Source: Intoshia linei (Eukaryota > Animalia > Orthonectida). Taken from it: a DNA stretch of 45,437 nt. The translations under genes were made by a program, and so were the position numbers. A model generated the notes under the pieces. It searched no databases, was not told where the DNA came from, and was given only the letters and a program-made list of their open reading frames with translations. Shown piece by piece: positions 10,869 through 24,769 of the stretch (positions are counted from its first letter, which is position 1; every line of letters starts with the position of its first letter). Where the stretch lies: NCBI GenBank assembly GCA_001642005.1, contig LWCA01000166.1, positions 1-45,437 of the forward strand. Direction: 5' to 3'.

Positions 10869-13834
10869 TTAAACATAATTTAAGCAATTCAGATCTGATG
10901 TGTCGTAATCATAAATAATATCTTCATATTTATCAAATTTACAATATGTAGCTTTATAAAAATTTGATAAAAGCTGATTATAATCAATAGGTTTGAGTTG
11001 GTTCGCATTTTTTCTCGCTAAATGTTAAAATAAGTTTTCAATATTATTGTATGTATTAATTATTAAAATGTTATCTACCTTGATTAACAAAAAAATTTGA
11101 CAAACTTTGCGAAACCATAGTTGAATTATATGAATGAATATTTTTTTTACGTGAGTTCCAGTAAAAATTTCCTTTTTCAGGATGAAACTGCATCATATAA
11201 TATGGATACTTTTTATCTAAAAATCTAATAATAAATGTATAATTCTTACTCATTTATTCTACCTTTAAATTTATATGCGTGTATCTCTGTGTAACGATTT
11301 ATTTAAAAAACAATGAGTCTTAGAATTTTAAATTTCTGCAAACGATGAGTAATGCACTATAACCCTAGAAAAATTTTAAACGGATCAGGGCTAACAGTTA
11401 GTTAGGCACACATTTATAAAAAATTTCGTCTAACAACCATGATCCTTAAAAACGAGTATCCGGTATGTTACTGTTCGGATCTGACCTATTTCACACTCTT
11501 TGCATCTATCTTAAAATGTTGATATATGTGGTTACTGCGTAATTGCAATAATTACGTTAAAATTGTAAATAGAATACAAATAGTAGATAAAAATACAAAT
11601 ATATTACGTTCCATCATGCTAATAAATGTGATATTGTCATTATCGTAAGCTGTAGCAATAATTGATACTTTTTTATAAAGTAGAGATTTATTAAAATTCT
11701 AAATTGTTAATGTATTCTCTAATTTATCGTAAGAAATACGATTGGTGTCAAACAAACGCTATGATCGTTGATGGAAAGATTTTCAAATTGCATCTGAGAT
11801 ATAAACGTTTTCAATATGGGATCAAGAAGCATTTTAGAATGTTGATCTTGGTAAAGATTTAAATAAGTTATACAATTACAGTGGAGCCTCCACTATTGCC
11901 CTATTCCGTTATTTGCTAAACCTTGAATTCCCGATATTGAAAAAAAGTGGAGGGTTGACTGCATTTATAATTTACAAATTATAAAAATATTACCTTCATT
12001 TAAGATAATTTTGGAAATTGTATTTTCATTATTACAAGGTTCAAGTATATTATCATTTTCAGAAAACAATATAGACAAAACTTCCATTCCTAAGCACGTG
12101 GCCATAATTGGAAAATGTTGATTATTATCATTTTTGGCATTGATTATATCAAGTATTATATTTGTAGTGTTTTTATAAAAGGAATGATCTGCATGTGTCC
12201 CTCCCCCAGGCAATAATATCCTAAATTATACAATTCAGTAAAGTTAAATAAATTTTTATTTCTTTTAAATCCATGCATAACGATTTATATCATATACTAT
12301 GGGAATTAGAGCATACATCGAGTACATGTTAAACTTTGTTCCCTCTATGCTTTAGAGCAGGGGTGAACAACGTGTGGCCGTGGGCAATCCATCTGATCAT
12401 CATGCAATATATCATTTTACTTCAAATTGAAAAGTTTAAATCAGATTTTATTCTAGGTCTATTTAAAATATTTTAATCACAAAGTTACATTCTTGACTTT
12501 GCGCTAGTTTCTCAAATGTTATTTACATAATGATTTAAACATGTTAACGAAGGGTGCACAAAATTAATGCACTCACTGATATCTTTTTTATGTAATTATT
12601 AATATTTATTTTTATGTCTTCCACTCTAATGTATCAACAAATCGGTTTTTATTGGAACTTTTTTTTGTCGTCCAATTATTATCAATTATTTACAGAAGAA
12701 TTAATGATTAATGTTTTTTCAAAAAAATATTGATAAAAGGGGATTTTTAAAATTTTTTTAAAATGAGGTTTTTTCTTTTGGAATCAGGTAGAGGAATTAT
12801 TGATCTAAAAGTTTGGTCAAATGGGATTTTTCAGAAAAATATTAGTAAGAGCCATTTTTTTCTTTAAGGGTTGGTAACATTGGGTTTTTTCTTTTGGGAT
12901 CAGATAGAATAGTTTTTGTTCTAAAAGTTTGGTAAAAATGGATTTTTAAAAAAAAACTTTGGTAAAATTTTGGTTTTTTCTCAAGAGATTTCATTAAAAT
13001 GGATGAAATATGCTAAAAATTTTAGATTCGCCTACCATCATCTAAAATTTTCGTAATCACCCCATGAGAAGAACTACATTAATACTACTATTGATATTTA
13101 TTCCGATTTAGATAAATGACAAATGTGGTGTTAATTTATATGAGTGAATTAAGGATTAATTTTAATTGAAAATTATTTAATATAACTTGCTGATATTAAA
13201 ATTTAAAGAAAACTATTTTATTAGTCCTAAAATTGAGGTCCAGAGTAAACTTTCTCAATGTCAGAGTAAATTTTGTGCGGCCGTAGTATCAATGAGAAAA
13301 GTAGAATTGTGGCTGAATTGGTGGAAAGGTTGTGCACCCCTGCCTAAGCGTTTAAGATTCATGATGAGCGAAAATTTTTTATAGATACATTACATAGCTT
13401 TTGAAAAAATTAGATTTAACACTTCATATGACGCATGTCGTCATGTGATGGACTAGAAAAACAAATAAAAATAATACACTATTAGTAATAGTCTATTACC
13501 CGTTGACAACATTTAAAATGTTTTCGTAATATTTGACAGATTTATTGAGTCTAATTGAAATATAAGACGATATAATTGGAAATAAATGAAATTACAAGAT
13601 AGGTAGGGCTTGAGCACCAGATTGTTGAATAAATTGAACATATCTAGTTTCTAAATATGCAAAAGCTTTATAATTACACGTTTTCTTGACTGTATTATCC
13701 TTAAATAAAATTCCTAAAACATGAATTTGACTACTCAAATAATGTTAACCAATAACTGGAGTATAATTTCCCGCATTAATAAAAGAACAATATATGATGT
13801 ATAATATATAATTTAAATACAAGCATTTCGTCAT
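10869..13834 (-). CDS. GGH: Gamma-glutamyl hydrolase (peptidase C26), 8 exons (13750-13834, 13596-13713, 13500-13550, 11994-12220, ~11740-11847, ~11608-11698, ~11079-11216, 10869-~11018)
   Basis: Hydrophobic N-terminus then YTPVIGIL, YVQFIQQSGAQALPI, VNGILLPGGG, FPIMATCLGME (catalytic Cys), YPYYMMQFHPEK (catalytic His) and FFVNQARKN. Exon phases join in frame. Confidence 0.92.
11879..11961. mobile_element. Tiny pogo/Tigger-like MITE (83 bp) in a GGH intron
   Basis: TA|cagtggagcctccact ... agtggagggttgactg: imperfect 16 bp inverted termini starting CAGT. Confidence 0.55.
12358..13342. mobile_element. Non-autonomous hAT element (~985 bp) in a GGH intron, with an internal ~30 bp minisatellite (~12715-13005)
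   Basis: TIRs caggggtgaacaac and gttgtgcacccctg. The 8 bp flanks ctttagag/cctaagcg match only 5/8 (old TSD). Confidence 0.75.
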
Positions 13835-14169
13835 ATTAGGTGTTTCGATAAAAATAAAAATAGCTATAGAGCCAAAGTACAAGTTAAGATATTACCAGGA
13901 TATTTTAGATTTCGATAATATATAGAACAACAATCGTTGACAACGGTTTTATTCTAAAGAATAAATACTATTTACTGAAATTTGTAATATATGTAAATAG
14001 ATCGAATAAGTATGAATTTTTTTTGATGTTCCAGTATTTCGTACTATTAACATTTTGATAAGTTAATATTAACCGTTAACTAGTGTATTTAATGTTTTTG
14101 ACAAATGTCATATGAATATAAATATAATATATATCATATAAATAAGAGCGTTAACTTAATGTTATTATA

Positions 14170-15434
14170 CAGTGCGCGACATAAGTCATAGGCACCTCAC
14201 ACATTCTCACATATAAAAACCACTATAAAGTTAATAATAGGGTTTTATAAGTACAACCTTTAGTATTTATCGATGTGCGTTTCAAAATATTATTAAAAAA
14301 CACAAAAAGGGTTTATGCATAGCTTACTTGCCAAGATCAGATGGAAAACGCATGCTGACAGCCAGAGAATGGACTATTATAATAATGGAATCAAAGAAAA
14401 ACCCTTGCTTGACAGTATTAAAGGTTAAAATACACTTCAGCATTACAAAAAAGCCTAGTTTAAAGGCAGAGCAACATGTGTTATATATATTTGGATTATA
14501 TGGAAAATTTCAAGTCGAAAACCGTTTCTTAAAAAATTTCACAAAACAAACCGTTTTAAAAAATGTAAGTAAAAAGTGGCATGGACGAGCCAATAGAAAA
14601 ATATAAGCTTCATTGATAAAAGTTGATTTGAATTATTTACAAAAAGAAGAGTATACGTTCGAAAACATAAAAAACAAAATTCTTATCAATGTACATAAGT
14701 AGAAGTATTACAAATACCCAGTAAATAATGATTTGGGTGGTATTAGAGCAAATGAAAATAAAGTATTAATAAAGTGTATAGGAGGAATAAATGCTCACGA
14801 ATACCAACGAATCCTTAGAAAAGCAAACAAATAACATTTTTGGATGGATTGAAGAAACATCAAGATTGTCAACCTTGTCAAACAGCAAAGACAACATGTT
14901 CATTTATAAGGGGTAATTGTATAAAAAAATTAAAAGATTGACCGGTACAAAGTCCAGATTTAAACATTATTAAAGAAATGTAAAAAATTTGAAAGATACG
15001 GTTTATAAGCTATATCCAGTCAACTTAGAAGAACTATGGAGATATATACACGACGAATGGGACCGCGTACCTCTAAAAACTATTTAAGGGTTGTTTGCCT
15101 CATTACCGAGAAGAATTGTATCAGTGATTATAAATAAATGATGGAATACTAAATATTAGTAATTTTATATATATTTATCTAATATTTTAATTAAATTAAC
15201 ATAATTAATTGTATTATTTTATAGATTTATGTCGCTCGGAATTTTGCAATTTTAATTAAAAATACCTATATTTCATTAATTATTAAATTTTTTTATATTT
15301 TTACTTTTTTAGGGTTGTTAAATATTTGTTCTTAATCATACATTAGATATGATATAAGAAAATGTCTTAAATCATGAACCATAAGTGTTTAAATTAAGTA
15401 CAATTGGGGTGCCTAAGACTTATGTCGAGCACTG
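14170..15434 (+). mobile_element. Full-length but inactivated Tc1-like transposon (1265 bp)
   Basis: TA|cagtgcgcgacataagtcataggcacc ... ggtgcctaagacttatgtcgagcactg|TA. The decayed transposase includes PVQSPDLNII (WPxxSPDLNPIE motif) at ~14940-14970 and many stops. Confidence 0.92.
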
Positions 15435-15779
15435 TATTTTAGCCAAATAAATAAAAAAACAATCAAAAATATTTTATGATAATATGTAATTTATAATTTA
15501 TTATATATATTATATATATTATTATAATTAATATAATTATAATATGTAATATGTAATTATTCATCCATATGTTCAATTCTTAGCCAACTGGAATTATCAC
15601 TTTTTCGTATAAAATGTTGATAATTGCCAATGTTAAATGGATACAATTCCAATTTAAAATTAACAAATAGGAAGCTAAGCAAAATCACTCCAATTTTCTT
15701 GAAAAAGTCATGAAACATATTCTGTGCTGTGACATCCATGCTTTTTCTCTGTATTTATATTATAAACTGTATCATACAT

Positions 15780-15931
15780 CAGTGTTTTTCAATCTTTATA
15801 TGACTAACCAATTTCTATTTATGAAAATTAAAATGTCAATTTTATTATAATACGACTAATTTAATTTGTATTTTGTTGGAGTTTTATTATAAGATTTGTC
15901 TCGGTCGCAACATGAATTTTGAAAAACACCA
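15780..15931. mobile_element. hAT-Charlie-like MITE (~150 bp)
   Basis: Inverted termini cagtgtttttcaa and ttgaaaaacacca, plus a subterminal ggtcgc motif. Confidence 0.55.
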
Positions 15932-16488
15932 ATATAAACATAATTATATTTATATAAATATAACTAATATACAGGGGTGGCACTAGCTGTACTGAATACA
16001 GCTGGTGCCAGCTTAATGCTGGCATCAGTGTCAGTAATAATTAAAAATACTATTATAAATTGAAAAATTAGTAATTTTATTAACATTTAAAGACATTCAT
16101 AATATTTGTAAATAAAATTTATCAATAGAAATTGATTAGACAAATAATAGAGGTTTGACTGTATATGATATGAAAATGTTAGGTTTTTTAAATAACAAGT
16201 TTGCCCATAGTGAGTTAAATATTGTAAATTAAAGATTAGCGTAAGGTTTTTTTAAAAATTCATAGTGGACACCGTCAACTTGACCGTGTATTGTAAATTA
16301 CAAAAAAATCATTAAAACTTTTATGATTTGATAATTTATTCGAAATACAATAAACTCTATCTACAACCTTAACATAAGATTGCGATTAAATACGGAGAGT
16401 GGTGATATGACACCAAATAGTAAACATTTCAATGCTAAATGATTATGCTTATTCAAATGTTTGAATATTATTCTGTGTGTCGGAACTA

Positions 16489-16720
16489 TAGCAACCAGAA
16501 ATTGACTGTATTTTTAGTCTTTTTAGTCTGTTTTTAGCACATTCTTAGTCTATTGCATTTTACACTAAATGTAAATTTTACACATCAAATCATGCATATT
16601 GTGAATAATTTTGCACTAAGAATTGTTATCTAATTTTCACATGTACAATAAAAATGCAATAGACAAAGAATGTGCTAAGAATGAGCTAAAAACAGACTAA
16701 ATTGTCAAAATATAGGCTAT
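16489..16720. repeat. Long inverted-repeat (foldback/MITE-like) element
   Basis: tttagtctgtttttagcacattcttagtctattgcatttt (~16521-16561) is inversely mirrored by aaaatgcaatagacaaagaatgtgctaagaatgagctaaaaacagactaaa (~16651-16701). Confidence 0.75.
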
Positions 16721-17239
16721 AAATAACTCTTTCAGAACTGTTAACCACTCCCACTCCTTGAATTCCATCATTAATTGATTCATGAAATCGATCCATTATT
16801 TCGAATAAAATTACCAAACGTATAAATTATGTTTCATGTGTGGAATATATCTAACTAGGTCTAGTAAATTAATCTGTCAAACTAATGCCTTTTGTAATGA
16901 ATTTAGTATTTATATGAAAAGCTGGTTTAAAACATAATATAAACTAAAAATTTAGTTTTTTCTACGGATCATTAAAATCGTGGAGATGTATTTTCATAAT
17001 TTTATGAAAAAAACTATGATGCTGTTTATTTTATTAAGATTGTATTATTGTTGGACTCATGAAAAAATTATTCAATTCATCAACCATAAGTCCGAATTTT
17101 TATCCAATTAACCACACAAATAAATATCTACCCTTAATCCTGAACAAAAAGATGCATTTAATGCATTGAAAAAATATTATCACATTTTTTTTGATAACAA
17201 ATGATGAGACAATTACATGCATTAATCGAAGAGTTATTA

Positions 17240-17433
17240 ATAAAATACCAGAAAAGAACTGTTGCGGTATATGCTCGGACGAAAATTTATTACGAAATTT
17301 ATTTTACTAACACTTTGGAAAAAACTTTAATTGAAATGTAGACTTTATAAAATTATAAGATTTTTAGTTATTGAAATAAACGGGAACACACACAGACAAA
17401 CAAATATTGCAAAGCATATTATATAAATAAGGA
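17240..17433 (-). mobile_element. Helitron-like repeat 5' region (same family as 24770 and 25891 copies)
   Basis: Reverse complement reads tccttatttatataatatgc..gcaatatttgtttgtctgtgtgtgttcccgtttatttcaataact..tcttataattttataaagtctacatttcaatta, matching 25892-26005. Confidence 0.7.
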
Positions 17434-18277
17434 TATTTTATATATTACCGTCAATTCATTATGTAAATTTGAATCGCACAACACAAAGAAAACCTAAAAT
17501 ATTTTAATCTTTTATCATTAAGACCTATATTTAAAACTCTTTGAAAAAATCACTTTTTATATTATAAAAACAGTGTTTACTGAAAACCCTACTATTTTTA
17601 TTAGAATTGGTAATATGTAAATCAGAATTTAATAATTATAAATTACCCAATGAAGGGAGAAAAATCGGATAACAAACGCGATTAATTCTAACATTAATGA
17701 GCACTAGAATAAAATCAAAGTATTATTATATATATAATAAATAATGCTTTTATATTAAATATGTTAGCTATATAAGCATTATATTAATAAAATATATATA
17801 ATACAAATAAAAATTATCAATTTATTCAATAGAAACAGTATTCCTTTCAAACTTGTATTTATGATATACAAAAATTAATATCATAATACATTATTAACCT
17901 TTTTCCACTTTGGTGTACCTTAATTCTATAAAATTGTATTTAGCATCCCAAAAAATTTAATAAACTTAAATTTGAATAAAATACCATTTTCACTGTGTTA
18001 ACCAAAATTGCTATACATTTTACATTGTAGGACTACTTGTATTGTATTTTCTACTATTAAAAAATGTTATTATAAATTTCGTTACCGTAGTTATAATATT
18101 AAATTTTAGGGGTGCAAAATCTACTAATATTTAATTAAGGGGCCAAGCGTAAAAAGGTTAAGATCCATACTATATTACAATGAATTGTTTTACCGCAATA
18201 TTTGAGCAGAACTTATAATATGACATCAGATTTATTTCAATCTAAATAATATATATAATATCATAATTATATTATTA

Positions 18278-18645
18278 CTAGATTGACTGTTATGTACTAC
18301 GTATAAACAGTATCTAACTCTACCAAGTGCACATTTTTATTATACCACAAAATAAATTTACGTTGAAAATCTAACTTAAAAATCTTATTATTCACTATTA
18401 TCAATTTTTTAAAGAAGTAGTTGCCAAACTTGTTTCAGGTGGAACCATCATATTACATTACTTTTTACTTTAAAGTGAATTATTCCATCTTAATTTTTTT
18501 TAACATTTGTGTAATGAATTTTAAAAACAATTGTTATCTTATTTTTTTATATTATTAGACAGAATGTGTGTATTTTATAAAGGAATAAAGTAAAAACAGT
18601 CCAATCCTAAAAATTTTCATAAATAGCATAAATTCCAAAAAAAAT
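18278..18645 (-). mobile_element. Inverted copy of the repeat at 1-357 (Helitron-like 3' end)
   Basis: Reverse complement closely matches bases 1-357 with small indels. The right boundary is unknown because the other copy runs off the window. Confidence 0.75.
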
Positions 18646-21019
18646 AAAATTATATAAATCGAGTTTTTATTTTAAATGTGATAATATATATGCAGTACCA
18701 ATTTAATAAATAATTAAAAATACCAATTATGTATCAATAACACTGTTCAACAATTTCACATTTTTGTTCGACTTCCCGGGATATTTTTATTTAGAATAAA
18801 AGAAATTTTGACAAAACTAATATTAAAAAAAAATTAGACATTTTTATAGAGTACTTTAATAATTAGAGGTGCGTATTTACTCCAAAAAATCAAAAATATA
18901 ATAATAAACGAAATAATAATCGTTATTTTGATTATATATCGTAATATGTAATTGTTTAAATTAAAATAAATTGTCTAATACAGTAATTCCGTGATGCTGA
19001 ATTTTTACCTACTCTCAAAAACACAAAATGTCCATGCTAACACTAAAATAATGAGCATGACATCTATACAGTGTAATTAACGGAATCAGCACTTTATACA
19101 CATATTTCAGGTGAATTTTACCAATATTGCAAAAAATTGTAATAAATATAAAAATAATAATAACAAAGTTTTATTACTTTTAGTTTCGTTGTTGTAATTT
19201 TTATTTAAATTTTGTTATTAAAATTAGTATCTATTTGACATTAGTGGTCACTTTTTAAAAATTAAATTAATTAAAAGGTCACATTTGGAAGGTAGTCGCC
19301 TATACGAAGTAATCACTCGTTCGAAGTGGCTACGTTTCGAGCGTCTACCTTAATAAAAATTTTGATATTGAGATTATACATTACTATAAAATTATCAATT
19401 TTCATAATGTACCATGCACTAGTTTCACAAAAACTATTGGCCTAAAATCAATATTAGTAAAAAATATGGATATTACTATGTTTTTAGTTAACATTTAACA
19501 ATAATAATTATTTCATTATTATCAACAAATAAAATTAAATATTTTTTATTTATAGTCGTGTTTATGTAAAGCTGTATTCTCTCTATAACTTGTCATTCTT
19601 GGGATTTAGAAAAAGGGATTCTTAAATTTCTTGAGATGAAAACTATAGAAACAGTAAATAAAACTTTTAAAGTACAATAGGGTGTCCACATTCGATGTTT
19701 TTTTTTGATGTTGTTGTTGCCATTTTGCATGTGGATGCCTTTTTTGATTTTAAGCATTTATCACCCAAAAAAATGAAATCGGATAATATTTATATCTCTC
19801 AAATGTAATTATTGAAATTCATATAAAAATGATTAATTTATTATTAAATTTTGTTTTTATGGATAATTTGTTGGTAATCGCCTTGATGTGTTGATAATGC
19901 TTTGTGGACCATTTTTTTTAATTAATTTCTAGCTTATTTTTCATTTGAACATTTTTTTTTGCGATATACTTTTGTTTTTTTTATATTTTCATTTTTTATG
20001 TGAGTTGATAAGATGTGGAGTATATAGAAAATTATTGGGTCGCAAAAATTTTTTATGTTTATAAGGGGCGTCGCGAACACAAAAAAATTGTAAACCACTG
20101 CTATATACTATACACCAATGTATAATATTATTAATAGAATGTAGATAAGTATAATATATAAACTAATAATAAATAATACAAATTACCCAACTTTTATCCA
20201 AATTTAAAATAAATAATATGATGAAAATTAACTTTATATACATAAAATAAAATCGGAATAATATAGATTGAAAAATAAAATTATTTATTTTGTAAAGTAA
20301 TGTATGTTTTGTATTATAAATAAATAAAATGTATATAGTTATTTACATTGCTAGGATTATGTTTTTCAAAATTCGTAGTTTTGCAGAGAGTTCTGCAACG
20401 CGGTTCGAAGTTTTTGTTCTGATTAAATTTAGTTGAATATTTCAAAGAGATTGGAATTCAGTACTAATCACATTGGATGAACCATGAATTCATGAAAAAA
20501 TGTGATATTTTCAGATTTATTAAGTAATTTATTATAATATTATTAAATAATAATTATTATAGAGTGATTTATTAACTAATTATTTACAAATATATCATAT
20601 TATATATATCATATTATAGAATTCATATTATGCAAAAATTTAAAGTTTAAACAATGTAAATTGGCTATTTAGTCAGAATTCGAGAAATTGAATCGTTAAT
20701 AAAATCCAAAAAAATTGAGCTAGGAACAAATTTAAAAAGAATAAACGGTATAACTAAACATGGAGAACAATATTATAAAGTTGATACCACGTTTAAAGGC
20801 TCAAACGCCAATTTCCATTAAAATAAACTTCAGTTTTAATTTCTCCATAATATTTATACAGTGATATTTAAAATGACATTCAACTCGAATAGATAGCGTT
20901 AAATGTTTTTGATTGCGAATTAGTTTTTCTATTTTAAAAATACACACTTGTAGTGCTAATTGCTTTTAATTCTTTGATATGTGTGACACACTACTGTATA
21001 TATTATAATTAGGTGATGC

Positions 21020-21300
21020 AATGGATAGAGGATAACAACCTAGATTTGATGAAATAATCCAGATTTAAATATAATTGAACACGTGTGTCCAATACTCAAG
21101 ACTCGAATTAATATTTTATGCTAAACAGTATTTTGTAGAGCTGAACTGGAGGAAATTATAAAAAAAGAATGGACAATCGTTGAAACGCCCTCATTTATCC
21201 CAAAATTGTATTTAAGTTTACCAAATAGAAATAAATTATGTTATAATTCAAAGAGTCATAATACGAAATACTAAAACAAAATATAAATTAAAAATTATTT
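21020..21300 (+). mobile_element. Tc1 transposase C-terminal remnant
   Basis: aatccagatttaaatataattgaacacgtg translates NPDLNIIEHV, followed by decayed ..ELEEIIKKEW.. and gGxTKY-like segments. Confidence 0.6.
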
Positions 21301-21460
21301 AGTATTTTAGTGTATTGTTTTTTGTTGACATACTCATGACGCGTCATTTCATTATTTTTAATATGTTTGAAAATTTCAAATGCATATTAAAGATACGATC
21401 GAATCGATTAATATCGATAATATATTACATTTATATCGCATTCATTTGTAGTAAACTAAA

Positions 21461-22432
21461 ATGAAACAAAATACCAATTTTGACCAAAAGACACATCGTT
21501 ATGCTGCACAGCCTGTACCTGCAACCACAGTTGTTATGAATCAACCCAGACCCATTAACTACTTAGTTTTGGCAATTATTATAACCATGTGTTGTAATTA
21601 CTTTTTGGTATAATCTTTTATAATTATACATATAAATAACATAAAACATACAAATAAATAAACAGACATATAATTTGGGCTTTATTACTTTATATAAGTA
21701 AGATTTAAGTGGAGTATAATTTAAAAATATATTTATAAAAACTAAATAAACCCACAAAAAAGTTTTCGAGAATAGAGACAATAATTATTGTTACTTATTA
21801 TTATTAATTATAATTGAGGATCATAACTATTTTTTGTGTCAAATTTAAACTGCAAGTTTAGAGTCTGGACTCCAGACCTCTTCACAATCGTGTAAAGAGC
21901 TAGGAATATATTTCATTACATATAATTTTTAGAGTTTTATTTATTATTTTGTGGTTCGAATATGGCAGTTTGCTCTAAAAACCAGTAAAATATCCAATTT
22001 TAGAAAGTAACTGTTAGTCTTAGATAAATTGTGTAAATACATATGTGTATAAGTATTACTTTGTAACTATAACTTAATTTTGTCATTTATTTATCGACTC
22101 TTTTATTTTAGATTTGTCAAAAATTTTTTATAAAATGAGTTACTGAATATGCTAGATAATAAATTTTGTTTGTCTTACATTGTTAATAAGTTTAATTTAT
22201 ATTTATAGAAGTTATTGCAATCATATATTCGGTTTTGTCAACTGGATACGCCGATAGAAATGATATAGTAGAATCAAAACGTATCGGAAAAGTGTCATTA
22301 AAATTATCAATAGCCGGAATTGTTATACGTGTGATAACTATAATATTATTTATAGTTTACTACGCTGTTTTTGCTCGTCAAGTAATACAAGCACATCATA
22401 AAAATTGCTTAAGTGGATACTTTATAGTTTAA
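21461..22432 (+). pseudogene. CD225/dispanin (IFITM/PRRT-like) membrane protein gene, 2 exons, with a 1-nt phase mismatch
   Basis: Exon 1 (21461-21607) MKQN...QPVPATTVVMNQPRPINYLVLAIIITMCCNYFL; exon 2 (22209-22432) VIAIIYSVLSTGYADRNDIVESKRIGKVSLKLSIAGIVI.. fits the CD225 pattern. The donor is phase 0 but both acceptors (tag/aag) need phase 1. Confidence 0.7.
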
Positions 22433-22934
22433 ACTATATAACATTTTACCGTTTTTAAAATAAATTTTAAATAACACTATTTTGGACTTTTCTTTGAAAT
22501 CTATAAGACATTTACATTAGGGTGTTAACTTTTACAACTTTTCTCAATTAAAAAAAAGTATATTTCAGTATCTTGGTTTTTTGCTATGCTGAACAAAATG
22601 ATCAAATTTTTTTTTAATTTCGTTAAGAATAACCCTCGCGCATTTGACATTTATCAACAATCTTCAAAAAAATAAAATAAAGTTTATTTCAGATAAAATT
22701 AGTATGTTACTTTAACCAACATTACTTTTTGTTTTATTTGAATTTTCGAATTGAATAAATTAACAAGATTCTGAAAAAGTGTACCAAAATACAAGTATGC
22801 CAGGGGCAATTTCAATATTAAGAAATTTTTTTAGGGTGTCTATTTTAATTTCATTTAAAGGTTGTTATACAATAGTTTCCAAATTTGTATTTTTTTGCAA
22901 AAATAAAAAAAAAGATTAAAATTTAATTAATTAA

Positions 22935-23420
22935 TTATTTTTGGTTATCAAATAATCCTAAATCAACTAGGTCCAGTCTTCTTGGATGAAGTATTGAAAA
23001 TTCATTAACCCAACTTTCAATATTAAAATTATAGTCATAGTAGCAATTCATGAGGGCCAGTCCACATAGACGATTACCAGGCATTGTTAATCTTGAAAAG
23101 GTTTTCATTCTTATCAAAATGCTAATGGAGCGTTCACATTCACATATGGTGATTGGCAATGTTGCCTAAATAATTAATAGTTAATGAATATTTGGAAACA
23201 AATTAGAATTGCAGCTTTCGATTAATTGTATGATAGTGGTCTTTGAATCAAGTTCTTTTTTTTCCATCTAGTATATTCTGCTTTGAGAACCTAATATAAT
23301 GATATGCATAATAAAAATAATTTATATTTTTCTGCGAATTCTTTCAAATCTTCAAAATGATTCGTTTTAAATTAAGTGGGATGTAGGGAAAATCTTTTCA
23401 AAAAAATCTGTTGACCACTG
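22935..23420 (-). mobile_element. hAT transposase C-terminal dimerisation-domain remnant
   Basis: LPITICECERSISILIRMKTFSRLTMPGNRLCGLALMN...F...HPRRL is the hAT dimerisation motif (P.T....ERSFS.L...K..LR.TM...RL..LALM). It is interrupted upstream by stops. A hAT-like end gcacccccttggatccgccact lies at ~23721-23742. Confidence 0.85.
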
Positions 23421-24535
23421 AAAAATCGTAGGCTGAGTTCAGCTAAAATAGAATCGAAAAAAAATTGCAATGTTAATTTTAATTTTCAATTTCAGATCCC
23501 TCTATATTTGCTCTGTAAAGTAGAGTAGTTGATGTAGTCTACATCTATAATTGATCATGTAAAATCTACATCATTATATAGTATATACATTATAATGATC
23601 ATTAAATAAACACTGTAGATGTGTCATTATGAGCCATCTATATTGTTTTAATAAATTAAAATTTTTTTCAGTTATTATACAAAATATTAAATAAATTTAG
23701 GGGGTGCAACTGCACCTTTTGCACCCCCTTGGATCCGCCACTATATGCCCACAGTGGAGTCGGACTGTATATGTAATTATTAGAGCCATTCAAATCGGAT
23801 GCTCTTAAGATGCTCTGAAGTCGTTAAGCAACAATACATACAAATTGTATAATACAATTGTGTACATTTCATATAATTTTAAATAAAACGATAAAATGTA
23901 AACAAATATTCACAATGATGCAAACTTCTTTAAAAGCATCCTCAAAATCTTGCGTAACCTAGTCATTATGGATTATGCTATATGAATGGATCTAGTAATT
24001 ATGATATTAGTTAATTATGAGCGGATCCGCCAAAACTAATTATTTTTTTTTCACGGTGGTTAAATACTATTCATTTTTATATGTTAAAAATGGTTTGTGA
24101 TCAATTATTAAATAATAACGTATATAATTATTTTTGAAAATCAGAATAGGTATTAAATCAATTTATTGACCAATGGACAACAATCATATATACCCAATAT
24201 TAACATCATTTTACAATAAAAATTATCAATATCAAAACAATAAATTCTACATTTAATTCGGAAGCAGAACGTAACTACAAGGTACAATAATTAAATCTAG
24301 AATATGATAAAAATAAATCATAAATAAACACAATTATTGAGCGATATCTAAGTATACTTAACAATTATGGTGTTAGTAACACCGTGATAACATCACTACA
24401 GTTTATTACCAAAAGGAAGTCATAAATCTTTACATGTGTAAAGTAATTTTTGTTTTTTATCTTAAGCAATAATGGTAGTTTACCATTAGTAAACCACCAA
24501 GTAATAGATGAAACAAGATCCAAATAGAAAATGGT

Positions 24536-24671
24536 TTAATTAACATTAACAACAGCTGTATTGGCATAAATATCGTAAATGGTTCGATTGTGAAATCTAT
24601 TTAAAATCAAAATGAGGGGAGGTGTAATTAAAGAAATAAAGAAGCTTTTCAAAACCGATCTTTTCAGAGCT
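24536..24671 (-). CDS. Orphan terminal exon of a FAM8A1-like (RDD family) membrane protein
   Basis: After a tttag acceptor it reads (R)ALKRSVLKSFFISLITPPLILILNRFHNRTIYDIYANTAVVNVN*, matching the recalled FAM8A1 C-terminus (RALIKNF...FQHNRTAYDIVAGTIVV). No upstream FAM8A1 exons were found. Confidence 0.72.
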
Positions 24672-24769
24672 CTAAAAAAGTTAAATATAAAATTGTAAAT
24701 AATAAATGTACAGGTTATTCTCGATATTTTGGCAAAAATATTTGTTCAAATAATTGCAAATAACTAACA

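Noticed and set aside
13425-13456. Hairpin catatgacg..cgtcatgtg followed by CTAG (Helitron-like 3' end)
   Set aside because: Followed by A rather than T, and no matching 5' end or second copy was seen, so it is too weak to call.
15557-15739. 60 aa minus-strand ORF as a possible missing NDOR1 or GGH exon
   Set aside because: No reductase (RxFSIAS, GPGTG, FGCR) or GGH motifs, and GGH already has a complete N-terminus.
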